In this document: positions 19,341-28,390 of the stretch, in pieces | How the letters are laid out: the number at the start of each line of letters is the position of its first letter | Position numbering within the stretch: the first letter of the stretch is position 1 | From: an uncultured Pseudomonadota bacterium | GTDB lineage: Bacteria; Pseudomonadota; Gammaproteobacteria; Burkholderiales; Nitrosomonadaceae | Direction: 5' to 3' | Length of the DNA stretch: 35,782 nucleotides | NCBI GenBank assembly: GCA_903957805.1 | Contig: CAJBQQ010000027.1 | Coordinates: 1 to 35,782, forward strand | Made by a program: the position numbers and the translations under genes | The notes under the pieces: model-generated | What the model saw: only the letters and a program-made list of their open reading frames with translations | Database searches by the model: none | Told to the model about the DNA's origin: nothing

Positions 19341-20428
19341 GTTTACGATTCTCGCGTCATTTAAAGCTAGTTATTGCCGTGGGTCAGGCCATCCTATTGG
19401 GAAGCTGTGCCAATCTTCCCTATTATGCTCAGGCTGTGGATGGTCAGATTGAAATTCTGCGAATGGCTCAACCGATCACGACGATTATTGCGGATCCTAG
19501 TGCCGACCAGAAATTGAAGCGAGTCCTCGCTCGAGTGGTACTGATGAGAGAGTTTGCTAGCCGCGAGCTAAAGTTACCGGACAATCAGAGTTACACGAGC
19601 TATGCAGATCTAAAGCGTCCCTTTGTGGTCTGGAATGTATTCGCAGCTCCCGAACTTTCCAGCGAGCTTAAGAAGTGGTGCTTTGTGCAGGCCGGTTGCG
19701 TCAACTACAGGGGATTCTTCTCACAAGCGGAGGCAGAAAGCTATGCCGAGGAGATCAGAAATGAAGGCTACGATGTTCACGTGGGTGGGGTTCGCGCTTA
19801 CTCGACTCTCGGATGGTTCAATGATCCGGTACTGAATACCTTCATCGGCTATTCTGAAATGGAGCTTGCACGTCTGATATTTCATGAACTGACTCATCAG
19901 GTACTCTATCTCCCTGGAGACAGTGCTTTTAATGAATCTTTTGCCACCGTGGTCGAGCAAGAGGGTGTTGGTCGCTGGCTGGATAGCAACGGAGCGACTT
20001 CGCAGAGAGCTCTATTTAATGCTAGACAGGAGAGAGAAGCGATCTTTACTGAGATGGTGATGAACCATCGTAAGAGACTACAAGAACTGTTTGCTTCAGA
20101 TCTGGGTGATACGGAGAAACGGTTAGCGAAGGCACGTATTTTTGATGAGTTACGTGAAGAGTTTGCCCAACTAAAAGTCACTAAGTCTGAGTTCAGTAGC
20201 TATGACCGTTGGTTCGCACAGAACCTTAATAATGCGCTACTCGCGACGATCTCTACCTACACGCAACTGGTGCCCGCATTCCAAGCGATACTCGCTCAGA
20301 AGAATGGGGATATGGGTCTTTTTTTTGATGCTATCAAGGAGATCAGTAAATTACCCGAGTCGGAGCGGGCTACCGTGTTGCAGACGGCAGTTGAAAATCA
20401 TGAGCGGACCAATGTCGCTGAGCGCTAA
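19337..20428 (+). CDS. Predicted zinc aminopeptidase lipoprotein (COG4324 / DUF2265-like)
   Basis: 363 aa with a lipobox-like LLGSC, the HExxH motif in FHELTHQ, and a downstream NESFA (candidate third ligand Glu). A GGAG RBS lies 5 nt upstream of the ATG. Confidence 0.75.
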   Translation: MSLRFSRHLKLVIAVGQAILLGSCANLPYYAQAVDGQIEILRMAQPITTIIADPSADQKLKRVLARVVLMREFASRELKLPDNQSYTSYADLKRPFVVWNVFAAPELSSELKKWCFVQAGCVNYRGFFSQAEAESYAEEIRNEGYDVHVGGVRAYSTLGWFNDPVLNTFIGYSEMELARLIFHELTHQVLYLPGDSAFNESFATVVEQEGVGRWLDSNGATSQRALFNARQEREAIFTEMVMNHRKRLQELFASDLGDTEKRLAKARIFDELREEFAQLKVTKSEFSSYDRWFAQNLNNALLATISTYTQLVPAFQAILAQKNGDMGLFFDAIKEISKLPESERATVLQTAVENHERTNVAER

Positions 20429-20449
20429 TCCTTAGTTTTATCCGTTCTA

Positions 20450-21139
20450 CTACTCCGTCTTTCGACGGGCCACGATAACGCCATCCCTCGTTGGGTTGAT
20501 AAAGGCATCGAATTCTGGGTCTTCAAATATGAGTCGATTATGCTCAAGGATGGCCTCTGTCCAACCGGGGACGACATCAACATAGTCTTCGACTGCCACT
20601 CGTCCATGCCACAGAACATTGTCGGCGATATAAAGGCCGCCAGGACGAATCCGTTTTTTGGCCATATGCCAGACTTCCGGATAATCACCTTTATCCACGT
20701 CGTTGTAGCAGATATCAAACAAACCTTCAGTCCGGGAAAATATTTCTTGCGCAAACCCAACGTGGAAATTGACTCTGTCTAATAATCCTACTGATCCAAG
20801 ATACTGTTCTGACTTTATCTGATTAAGTGGGTCTCCATCACTACAGATTACTTGTCCCTCCGCCCCAACTGCTTTTGCAAACCAGTAGGCCGAATAACCA
20901 TATCCGCTACCAAACTCAAATACACGGCGGGCATTAATTGATTTTGCCATTGTCTCAAGAAAAATACCGACCAAACGGCCAACGATAGGAAAGTTATTCT
21001 CCTGCGCAATCCTCTCCATCTCTATCAGCACCGGATCATCCGTACGACACGATAATCCACGCATATAATCCTCAATGGCGGGATGTACTGGAATTAATAT
21101 GCTGGGATTTTGAATGGTTGGAGAGTTCAGGGTTGGCAT
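20450..21139 (-). CDS. Class I SAM-dependent O-methyltransferase (family 3, caffeoyl-CoA OMT-like)
   Basis: 229 aa with SAM motif I VFEFGSGYGYSA, an acidic loop ICSDGD, and FDICYNDVDKGDYP typical of cation-dependent OMTs. An AGGAG RBS lies 6 nt upstream. Confidence 0.8.
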   Translation of the reverse strand: MPTLNSPTIQNPSILIPVHPAIEDYMRGLSCRTDDPVLIEMERIAQENNFPIVGRLVGIFLETMAKSINARRVFEFGSGYGYSAYWFAKAVGAEGQVICSDGDPLNQIKSEQYLGSVGLLDRVNFHVGFAQEIFSRTEGLFDICYNDVDKGDYPEVWHMAKKRIRPGGLYIADNVLWHGRVAVEDYVDVVPGWTEAILEHNRLIFEDPEFDAFINPTRDGVIVARRKTE

Positions 21140-21182
21140 ATCTGGCTCCTATAAAGAATCACGTGATCTTCTGATTTTTCAC

Positions 21183-21202
21183 TGCTAAATTTAGCTTAGC
21201 AG
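21183..21202. promoter_or_regulatory. Nested palindrome: perfect 12-mer GCTAAATTTAGC inside CTGCTAA-N6/7-TTAGCAG; candidate operator in the divergent OMT/SDR promoter region
   Basis: Read directly: ctgctaaatttagcttagcag. The GCTAA half-site occurs three times (one forward, two reverse). Confidence 0.3.
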
Positions 21203-21240
21203 AATTGGGAGAGAGCATGTGGATGGAGTGTTTGCTACTT

Positions 21241-21256
21241 GATCGATGGATCGATG
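21241..21256. repeat. Tandem GATCGATG x 2 (two GATC sites, two ATCGAT palindromes) about 50 nt upstream of the SDR start
   Basis: The sequence gatcgatggatcgatg was read directly. Confidence 0.9.
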
Positions 21257-21303
21257 CTGTCTCTAAATAATTGAATCAATAACAAATGCATAAGGTGGGT
21301 AGT

Positions 21304-22119
21304 ATGAGTCTGAAGATTGCATTGGTTACAGGCGCATCCAGCGGTATCGGAAGGGCCACGGCTGAACTGCTTGCGGCAAATGACTACTACGTATTTGCTG
21401 TAGCACGGCGTATGGAGAAGCTTGAACCGATGAGTTGCGATCAAATCGAACCCATCCGTCTGGATGTTGTGGATGCAGAGGGCATCAGACTAGTCGTGGA
21501 GCACATCATCGCAACCAAGGGTCGGATTGATGTCCTAGTGAATAATGCTGCATATGGTCAACTGGGTGCAATTGAGTGTGTCTCAATGGAGGCTGCTCAT
21601 CAGCAGTTTGAGGTCAATGTCTTCGGATATGCGCGATTCATACAAGCAGTGCTGCCCCATATGCGTTATCAGAAGTCAGGTCGCATCATCAATATCACTT
21701 CGATTCTGGGTCGAGTACCAATCCCTGGTTTTGGTTGGTATGCCGCCTCTAAGCATGCAGTGGAAGCGCTGTCAGAGACTTTGCGGGGGGAGTTGATGGG
21801 GTCTGGAATTGACGTGGTGGTGATCGCCCCTGGACTGATCAAGACTGAGTTTGTCCCCAAGCAATTGGCACTACTGGAGACGATCTCACATCCACCGTTC
21901 TATCAGAAGATGCTGGCAGGTATTCGTATTCTGCTGGTTGATGAACCAAGATCACCCGGGCCTGACATGATCGCTCATGCGATTCTTGAGGCATCGACAG
22001 CAAGGCATCCACCGATACGACATGCCTTGCCAATCGATTCAAAGATGGCGATCATGGCCAGGTGGTTGATGGGGCCCCGTCTATTCTCCTGGGCAATCCG
22101 ATACCTGATGAAGATCTAA
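21304..22119 (+). CDS. Short-chain dehydrogenase/reductase (classical SDR)
   Basis: Contains TGASSGIG (TGxxxGxG), NNAA and the catalytic YAASKHAVE (YxxxK). The ATG at 21304 is preferred because AAGGTGG lies 5 nt upstream; the track start is 21286. Confidence 0.9.
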   Translation: MSLKIALVTGASSGIGRATAELLAANDYYVFAVARRMEKLEPMSCDQIEPIRLDVVDAEGIRLVVEHIIATKGRIDVLVNNAAYGQLGAIECVSMEAAHQQFEVNVFGYARFIQAVLPHMRYQKSGRIINITSILGRVPIPGFGWYAASKHAVEALSETLRGELMGSGIDVVVIAPGLIKTEFVPKQLALLETISHPPFYQKMLAGIRILLVDEPRSPGPDMIAHAILEASTARHPPIRHALPIDSKMAIMARWLMGPRLFSWAIRYLMKI

Positions 22120-22138
22120 CAGGCTCTCAGAAAACCTG

Positions 22139-22155
22139 TTGCACTCTGCGTGCAA
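22139..22155. terminator. Short hairpin TTGCAC-tctgc-GTGCAA between the convergent SDR and lipoprotein genes
   Basis: A 6-bp stem with a 5-nt loop in the 44-bp convergent gap. There is no U-tract, so this is a weak candidate. Confidence 0.25.
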
Positions 22156-22163
22156 TAGTCCTG

Positions 22164-23579
22164 CTACTTTGAAACTCGGTGAACGTTAAATGTAGTCTTA
22201 TTTTGTGTATTCACCGTTGCTGTATTGCCATCCGCGCTGATACTAAATGAGACTGCATTGTTTTCGGAAAATCCAGAGCAGCCATTTGTGTCATACGTGA
22301 ACCCTTTAACACTAAACCCCTTGCTGCTGGCATCATAAGTGTAGTTGGCATATTCGACACCTGGGGCACCGCAGCTCTTATGGCTATCACGGTCTAAATC
22401 GCCGATCGGGTCAAGCATCAAAAATTTCCCATTGGTAAAGAATAGATAGGTGGGTGTCTTGATTGCAGATGGATCAACCGCCCAAGCTCCAACGATACCC
22501 CTTGGGTCATTCTCCATTTTGGAGTAACGGCTCTCCTCTATCCGGGTCTTTAGAGGTTCTTTCTTATCCGTGACAGCCAGCGTCCCTCCACGTGTACCAG
22601 CATGGAATAATTCACTGAAGACACTGTGCTGCTTCCTCTCTCTCTGCACCGTTAGGATCTCTGTTGAGATCAAGTCCGAACCATCAGTACGGATACGCCA
22701 AGTGGGCTGTGGATGTGATAGCCCGGCCTTAATATTGGTATCAACCGTCGGCTTGACAGCGATCTTGAAGCCTCGGTTATCAAACTCTGAAAGGGTCGCA
22801 GTACCATACTCAACACCGGCCGTACTGGCCTTAGTGCCGCCACATATCCGGTTGGCATCGCAGAAGTCATCGGTTATGGCCTCACCTTGCAAATACTCGC
22901 CGGATGGTAAAGCTCGTAATACAAAGGCTGTTGAACCTTCCTGTCTAAACCAGATATTGGTACTAAGCGTCGCCATGCCTTGGGAGAGGAAGTGTGTCTG
23001 GGCTTGAGCGAGAGTTCTGACTGGGCCAGTAATGCCACCGGCCTCTCTCACCTTCTGTAGCTCAGCAGATGTTGAGAATGCGGCGGGATCGCCATCTAAA
23101 TTTATGGCAGCACTGACAGCAGATGCAGCACTGGCCGGAATGGAAATGCCATTTTCTGGATTACCATCCGAGTCGAGAGACTGCAATAAAATCAGCAGGT
23201 TTTGTAGTCGAGTGGGATTGTCTTCAGCTAGTTCCATGGGCGTTATGATAGAAGCACCCTTAACCTTGCCCAGAACTAGGCTACCGAGCTTGAACTCGAC
23301 TGTATCACCATGGTTATATTTGTAGATGCCCTGTCCATCAGTATTACCAGCAGCGCCAGAAGATGCCAGATAGGCTACACCAGAAACTGCTGCATCCATC
23401 AATACCCCGGTAGTGGGTGTGGATGCGGCCATATTTGAACTGGATTGCGGCTTGCTTGTTGTTTTAGCTGAATCTCCACCCGTGTCTTTCTTCTCTCCAT
23501 CACAGGCAGCAAGACCTAGAATCAGAACCAACGGAATTAAATAGACTCCATGCATATCCTGCCTCTTCTTAGATCTCAT
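22164..23579 (-). CDS. Orphan lipoprotein with a low-complexity linker, an N-terminal beta-sandwich-like module and two tandem homologous C-terminal modules
   Basis: 471 aa. Has a lipobox LGLAAC (Cys26), a Ser/Thr/Pro-rich linker, a GVLMDAAVSGVAYLASSG..TDGQGIYKYNHGDTVEFKLGSLVLG module, and an internal repeat (GVEY..GF..DTN at aa 255-282 and again at 407-432). A GGAAGGAA RBS lies upstream of the ATG at 23579. Confidence 0.7.
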   Translation of the reverse strand: MRSKKRQDMHGVYLIPLVLILGLAACDGEKKDTGGDSAKTTSKPQSSSNMAASTPTTGVLMDAAVSGVAYLASSGAAGNTDGQGIYKYNHGDTVEFKLGSLVLGKVKGASIITPMELAEDNPTRLQNLLILLQSLDSDGNPENGISIPASAASAVSAAINLDGDPAAFSTSAELQKVREAGGITGPVRTLAQAQTHFLSQGMATLSTNIWFRQEGSTAFVLRALPSGEYLQGEAITDDFCDANRICGGTKASTAGVEYGTATLSEFDNRGFKIAVKPTVDTNIKAGLSHPQPTWRIRTDGSDLISTEILTVQRERKQHSVFSELFHAGTRGGTLAVTDKKEPLKTRIEESRYSKMENDPRGIVGAWAVDPSAIKTPTYLFFTNGKFLMLDPIGDLDRDSHKSCGAPGVEYANYTYDASSKGFSVKGFTYDTNGCSGFSENNAVSFSISADGNTATVNTQNKTTFNVHRVSK

Positions 23580-23811
23580 TCAGACGATTCCTTCCAATTT
23601 AATTGTGGACCAGGCTATGACCCTAAAAAACAGATGACGGCATCTTCTACCCATCGACTGGATGCAGTTTGCCATAGGCATAGGGCAGATGTCGAGTCTG
23701 CCTGATTGTCTGTCCAATCTCGAGACCTAATAGGTAGAACGCTTGTGGTGCATCTTGATTGAGTGCAATATTGTGCCGCATTGCCGCCTTCATCAGCTTT
23801 ACCGCTTCCAC

Positions 23812-25269
23812 ATGACACTCCAGACCCCTAATAGCCGCCAACAACCCGATCAAGTACTGGTCGATATCGCGGACTATGTCGCTAATCGCAGTATTCAGAG
23901 CGAACCGGCCTATGAAACTGCTCGGTACTGCTTGATGGATACGCTTGGCTGCGGGCTTGAGGCACTCTCCTATCCAGAATGTACTCGACTACTCGGCCCC
24001 ATCATCCCTGGCACCATCGTTCCGAATGGGGCAAAAGTTCCGGGTACGAGATTCCAGCTTGATCCCGTGCAGGCCGCGTTTAATATTGGCGCAATGATAC
24101 GTTGGTTGGACTTCAACGATACCTGGTTGGCCGCTGAGTGGGGTCACCCCTCCGATAATCTGGGTGGCATCCTCGCTGCGGCAGACTGGTTGGCCCGCAA
24201 TATCGCGGCTGGCAATGTCGATAGAGAGCCATTATTAATTCGGGACTTGCTGACCGCAATGATTAAGGCACACGAGATTCAGGGTTGTTTGGCACTGGAG
24301 AATAGCTTTAACCGTGTTGGGCTTGATCATGTACTGCTGGTGAAGGTCGCATCGACCGCAGTGGTGACTCATCTGCTCGGTGGTAGTCGTGACCAGATCG
24401 TCACGGCACTTTCACAAGCATGGGTAGACGGACAGGCACTCCGTACCTATCGTCATGCACCCAACACCGGTTCGCGTAAATCTTGGGCGGCGGGTGATGC
24501 AACCAGTCGAGCGGTATGGCTGGCACTGATAACGCTCAAGGGGGAGATGGGCTATCCCTCCGTGCTCACAACAAAAAACTGGGGGTTCTACGATGTGCTA
24601 TTCCGAGGCAGATCACTCCAGTTTCAACGCCCGGTCGAGCGGTGGGGTACGTACGTCATGGAGAACATATTATTTAAAGTCTCCTTCCCAGCTGAGTTTC
24701 ATGCCCAAACAGCGGTCGAATGCGCCATGCAATTGCATCCCATGGTCAGAGAGCGGATCGCCGATATAGAAAAAATCACAATCCGTACTCATGAGGCAGC
24801 GGTTCGTATCATTGATAAGCAGGGACCACTTAATAATTATGCCGACCGCGACCATTGCATGCAGTACATGGTTGCGGTAGCTTTAATTTTTGGGAGGCTG
24901 ACGGCGGCTGATTATTCAGATGATGTTGCCAGAGACGAACGGATTAATAATCTGAGGGGGAAGATTACTTGCATTGAAGACTCTCAATTCACTAGGGATT
25001 ACCATGACCCTGAAAAACGTGCCATTGCCAATGCTGTCACGGTAGAATTCAAGGGTGGTGAGAAATTACCGGAGTTGGTGCTTGAGTATCCGATTGGTCA
25101 TAGCCGTCGTCGTAAGGAGGCGATACCATTATTGGAAGACAAGTTCAGAACCAATCTTGCGCGCCGTTTTCCGGTCAAGCAGCAAAAAGCAATCATCGAT
25201 CTGTGCCTTAACCAGAAGAGACTCGAAGAAACACCGGTCAATGAATTTGTCGATATGTTTGTAATCTAG
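23812..25269 (+). CDS. prpD: 2-methylcitrate dehydratase (MmgE/PrpD family)
   Basis: Collinear and highly similar along its whole length to E. coli PrpD as I remember it ([94 protein letters not shown]). The ATG at 23812 aligns with the E. coli N-terminus; the track start at 23743 is a TTG. Confidence 0.9.
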   Translation: MTLQTPNSRQQPDQVLVDIADYVANRSIQSEPAYETARYCLMDTLGCGLEALSYPECTRLLGPIIPGTIVPNGAKVPGTRFQLDPVQAAFNIGAMIRWLDFNDTWLAAEWGHPSDNLGGILAAADWLARNIAAGNVDREPLLIRDLLTAMIKAHEIQGCLALENSFNRVGLDHVLLVKVASTAVVTHLLGGSRDQIVTALSQAWVDGQALRTYRHAPNTGSRKSWAAGDATSRAVWLALITLKGEMGYPSVLTTKNWGFYDVLFRGRSLQFQRPVERWGTYVMENILFKVSFPAEFHAQTAVECAMQLHPMVRERIADIEKITIRTHEAAVRIIDKQGPLNNYADRDHCMQYMVAVALIFGRLTAADYSDDVARDERINNLRGKITCIEDSQFTRDYHDPEKRAIANAVTVEFKGGEKLPELVLEYPIGHSRRRKEAIPLLEDKFRTNLARRFPVKQQKAIIDLCLNQKRLEETPVNEFVDMFVI

Positions 25270-25319
25270 TATTTTTCCCCTGCAATCTAGAACATGTTCT
25301 CCCAGGAGAGTGTAACGCC

Positions 25320-28145
25320 ATGACCCACAATCTATTCAATACCCTGAAGGAATTTCAGATTTCTAAGGGCAAAAAAGCAAAATTCTATTCGCTACCAGCG
25401 CTGGAAAAATCTGGTGTAGGCAAGGTCTCGCGTCTACCAGTCTCTATCCGCATCGTGCTCGAATCGGTATTGCGTAATTGCGATGGAAAGAAGGTCACTG
25501 AGACGCATGTACGCCAACTCGCCAATTGGCAACCCAATGCTGTGCGTACCGATGAGATTCCCTTTGTTGTCGCTCGTATTGTTCTGCAAGATTTTACGGG
25601 CGTTCCTCTTTTGGTGGATCTCGCGGCAATGCGGAGTGTGGCTAAGGGTATGGGTAAGAATCCAAATATGATCGAGCCTCTGGTGCCGGTTGACCTGGTG
25701 GTTGATCATTCGGTACAGGTTGATCATTACGGTAATAAGCAAGCCCTCGGTCTCAATATGGAGATTGAGTTTGAGCGTAATAACGAACGTTATCAGTTCA
25801 TTAAATGGGGTATGCAAGCCTTTGATACATTCAGGGTCGTTCCACCGGGTATTGGTATCGTGCACCAGGTGAATCTGGAATATCTTGCTCGCGGAGTGCA
25901 TCAGAAGAATGGCGTAACCTATCCAGATACGCTGGTAGGTACTGATTCGCACACCACCATGATCAATGGGATCGGTGTGGTTGGATGGGGGGTGGGGGGT
26001 ATCGAAGCAGAGGCGGGGATGCTGGGACAGCCGGTCTATCTACTCACTCCAGATGTGGTAGGGGTCAATCTGACAGGCCGGTTACGTGATGGTGTCACAG
26101 CAACCGATCTGGTTCTGACCATTACTGAGATGCTCCGAAAGGCTAATGTGGTGGGTAAGTTTGTAGAATTTTTTGGCGAGGGGACTGCCTCTTTGACCCT
26201 TCCGGATCGAGCGACTGTGGCGAATATGGCGCCTGAATATGGCGCCACCATGGGCTTCTTCCCGGTGGATGATGCCACCATCGAGTACTTCAAGGGTACA
26301 GGCCGCAGTGACGAAGAGGTTGAATCATTCCAATCCTATTTTAAGGCGCAAGGTCTGTACGGCATTCCTCGCAAGGGTGAGATTGACTACAGCCGCGAGC
26401 TAGAATTTGATCTGGGTGGGGTGGCACCTTCGCTGGCAGGACCCAAGCGTCCACAAGACCGTATTGAGATCGGCAACATCAAATCACAATTCACCAAACT
26501 CTTAACCACGGCTGTTAAGGAGAATGGTTATGGCAGGGCCGCGGCCAATTTAAATCAGCGCTACCCGGTACGTAGTTGCGATGATGCCGCTACCCACATT
26601 GAAGCGAGAAATCAGATTGATGATTATCTAAGACCAGGAAGCGATAGGAATTTTGTGGAGATGATTAGTAACCACTCCTTAATCGACACAGACCAGGGCT
26701 CTACATGTCTAGAGAATGGTGCAATTGATCTGGGTCATGGCGATATATTGATCGCAGCCATTACCTCCTGCACCAATACCTCTAATCCTAGCGTACTGAT
26801 CGCTGCTGGTTTGCTGGCGAAGAAGGCGGTGGAGAAGGGATTGACGGTCAAGCGGCATATAAAGACTTCACTTGCACCTGGCTCTCGCGTAGTGACTGAG
26901 TACCTCACCGCTGCCGGCCTACTACCCTACCTGGAGCAGCTCGGTTTCAATCTTGCTGGGTATGGTTGTACCACCTGCATCGGTAACTCGGGCCCTCTAT
27001 CCGAGCAGATTGAGGAGTCCGTAGTCAAGAATGATTTGGTATGTGCAGCGGTACTCTCTGGAAACCGAAATTTCGAGGCGAGAATACATGCAAATATCCG
27101 CGCCAATTTCCTCGCTTCACCTCCGCTGGTGGTCGCGTATGCCATAGCAGGAACTATGCTTAAAGATTTGATGACCGAGCCACTGGGTATGGGTCGGGAT
27201 GGTAAACCGGTGTGGCTCGGCGATGTCTGGCCCAGTAACTTGGAGATTCAAGCATTGATAAAACATGCTACCAATGCCAAAACATTCCGCCGTCTCTATG
27301 GCAATCTGACTAAGGATCATCCGTTGTGGAACGGCGTCTCATCGGTCAGTGGCAAAGTCTATGATTGGCCAAAATCAACCTATATTGCAGAACCGCCATT
27401 CTTTAGCGGTTTTTCTATGGTGCCTACGCGGCCCAGCGGAGTTAGCCGTGCACAGGTGCTGGGAATCTTTGGTGACTCAGTCACAACCGATCATATCAGC
27501 CCCGCTGGCGCTATCAAGGATAGCTCTCCGGCTGGAAGGTATCTTCTTGCAAATGACGTTGCTAAGAGCGATTTCAATAGCTACGGTGCGAGGAGAGGTA
27601 ATCACGAGGTCATGATGAGGGGTACCTTCGCTAATGTGCGTATTAAGAATTTGATGATTCCCAATAGCGAGGGCGGCATCACGTTGCATCAACCAGATGG
27701 GCAACAGATGAGCATTTATGATGCTGCGATGCAATATATTGCGGAGGGTGTTCCGACAGTGGTGTTTGGTGGAGAGGAGTACGGCACTGGCTCCAGCCGC
27801 GACTGGGCTGCAAAGGGGACCCAGTTGCTAGGTGTTAAGGCGGTGATCGCCCGGAGTTTCGAGCGTATTCATCGGAGCAACCTGGTCGGGATGGGGGTTC
27901 TGCCGTTGCAGTTCAAGGGTAATGATAGCGCACAGTCACTCGGCATCAAGGGTGATGAGCAACTTGATCTACTCGGTCTGGATGAGATCAGTCCGCAGCA
28001 AGATGTGACGCTTGTGATTCACTCTCCCGACGGTAGCTGCCGAGAAGTTCAATTGTCATGTCGGATCGATACCGCCATCGAGGTGGATTATTATATGCAC
28101 GGTGGTATCTTGCCATATGTTCTCAGGGAACTCATGAGTAGCTGA
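25320..28145 (+). CDS. acnA: Aconitate hydratase A (monomeric AcnA/IRP type)
   Basis: 941 aa with the Fe-S ligand contexts [10 protein letters not shown] and [12 protein letters not shown], plus [24 protein letters not shown] and [16 protein letters not shown]. It is collinear with E. coli AcnA except for a longer linker before ITSCTNTS. Confidence 0.95.
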   Translation: MTHNLFNTLKEFQISKGKKAKFYSLPALEKSGVGKVSRLPVSIRIVLESVLRNCDGKKVTETHVRQLANWQPNAVRTDEIPFVVARIVLQDFTGVPLLVDLAAMRSVAKGMGKNPNMIEPLVPVDLVVDHSVQVDHYGNKQALGLNMEIEFERNNERYQFIKWGMQAFDTFRVVPPGIGIVHQVNLEYLARGVHQKNGVTYPDTLVGTDSHTTMINGIGVVGWGVGGIEAEAGMLGQPVYLLTPDVVGVNLTGRLRDGVTATDLVLTITEMLRKANVVGKFVEFFGEGTASLTLPDRATVANMAPEYGATMGFFPVDDATIEYFKGTGRSDEEVESFQSYFKAQGLYGIPRKGEIDYSRELEFDLGGVAPSLAGPKRPQDRIEIGNIKSQFTKLLTTAVKENGYGRAAANLNQRYPVRSCDDAATHIEARNQIDDYLRPGSDRNFVEMISNHSLIDTDQGSTCLENGAIDLGHGDILIAAITSCTNTSNPSVLIAAGLLAKKAVEKGLTVKRHIKTSLAPGSRVVTEYLTAAGLLPYLEQLGFNLAGYGCTTCIGNSGPLSEQIEESVVKNDLVCAAVLSGNRNFEARIHANIRANFLASPPLVVAYAIAGTMLKDLMTEPLGMGRDGKPVWLGDVWPSNLEIQALIKHATNAKTFRRLYGNLTKDHPLWNGVSSVSGKVYDWPKSTYIAEPPFFSGFSMVPTRPSGVSRAQVLGIFGDSVTTDHISPAGAIKDSSPAGRYLLANDVAKSDFNSYGARRGNHEVMMRGTFANVRIKNLMIPNSEGGITLHQPDGQQMSIYDAAMQYIAEGVPTVVFGGEEYGTGSSRDWAAKGTQLLGVKAVIARSFERIHRSNLVGMGVLPLQFKGNDSAQSLGIKGDEQLDLLGLDEISPQQDVTLVIHSPDGSCREVQLSCRIDTAIEVDYYMHGGILPYVLRELMSS

Positions 28146-28153
28146 ACGGGGGA

Positions 28154-28170
28154 TGAGGGGTCCCCCCTCA
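28154..28170 (+). terminator. GC-rich hairpin TGAGGGG-tcc-CCCCTCA 9 nt after the acnA stop
   Basis: A 7-bp G/C-rich stem read directly. It is not followed by a T-run, so it is a weak intrinsic-terminator candidate. Confidence 0.3.
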
Positions 28171-28390
28171 CCTTGTAATCAGCGTCATGATATTGCCACT
28201 CCGGTTTTCACTTGAATTAATCCACATCTCTTACTGATTTAACGGGACCCTCTTCCCGCCGGAAATGTAACTCTCCAAGAACAATTCCAGATTCATTTGA
28301 AATGGCCGTCCGACAGGCTGAGTGTTGTACATTCGTCTTAAAAATTCCCGTGATATGCTGTAGGCGTGGAAGATATAAATAGGTCGACGA

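Noticed and set aside
20319-20326. T8 homopolymer inside the aminopeptidase CDS (and the C7 tract at 13926-13932), considered as phase-variation tracts
   Set aside because: Both tracts are short for slipped-strand switching. The T8 simply encodes Leu-Phe-Phe in an intact reading frame. Nothing else here, such as contingency-locus context, supports phase variation.
20425-20760. 111-aa minus-strand ORF overlapping the 3' half of the O-methyltransferase gene in another frame
   Set aside because: The 229-aa frame carries the SAM-binding and cation-dependent OMT motifs and a good RBS. The alternative frame has no motifs and would start inside that gene.
22570-23007. 145-aa plus-strand ORF antisense to the orphan lipoprotein gene
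   Set aside because: The minus-strand reading has an RBS, a lipobox and an internal repeat structure. The plus-strand ORF has none of these and has no recognisable motifs.
23684-23702. Search for a sigma54 promoter (TGGCAC-N5-TTGC) upstream of prpD, expected from PrpR-regulated prp operons
   Set aside because: No acceptable -24/-12 match was found by eye in 23580-23811. The closest string, TGGTGCATCTTGATTG, has the wrong spacing. Only the GGCAGA-N7-TCTGCC inverted repeat is noted, within the prpD finding.
23647-23853. 68-aa minus-strand ORF in the lipoprotein/prpD intergenic region, with a faint HEPN/DUF86-like string ([12 protein letters not shown] versus the R-N-x-x-x-H-x-Y type motif); considered as a toxin-gene relic
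   Set aside because: The motif match is poor: the His is not at the expected spacing. The ORF overlaps the homology-supported prpD start by 42 nt, has no RBS, and has no partner antitoxin ORF. A profile search could revisit this.
25434-25952. 172-aa minus-strand ORF antisense to acnA
   Set aside because: It is entirely antisense to a highly conserved part of acnA. It resembles no family, has no RBS, and has His/Ile/Leu-rich composition consistent with a mirror-frame artefact.
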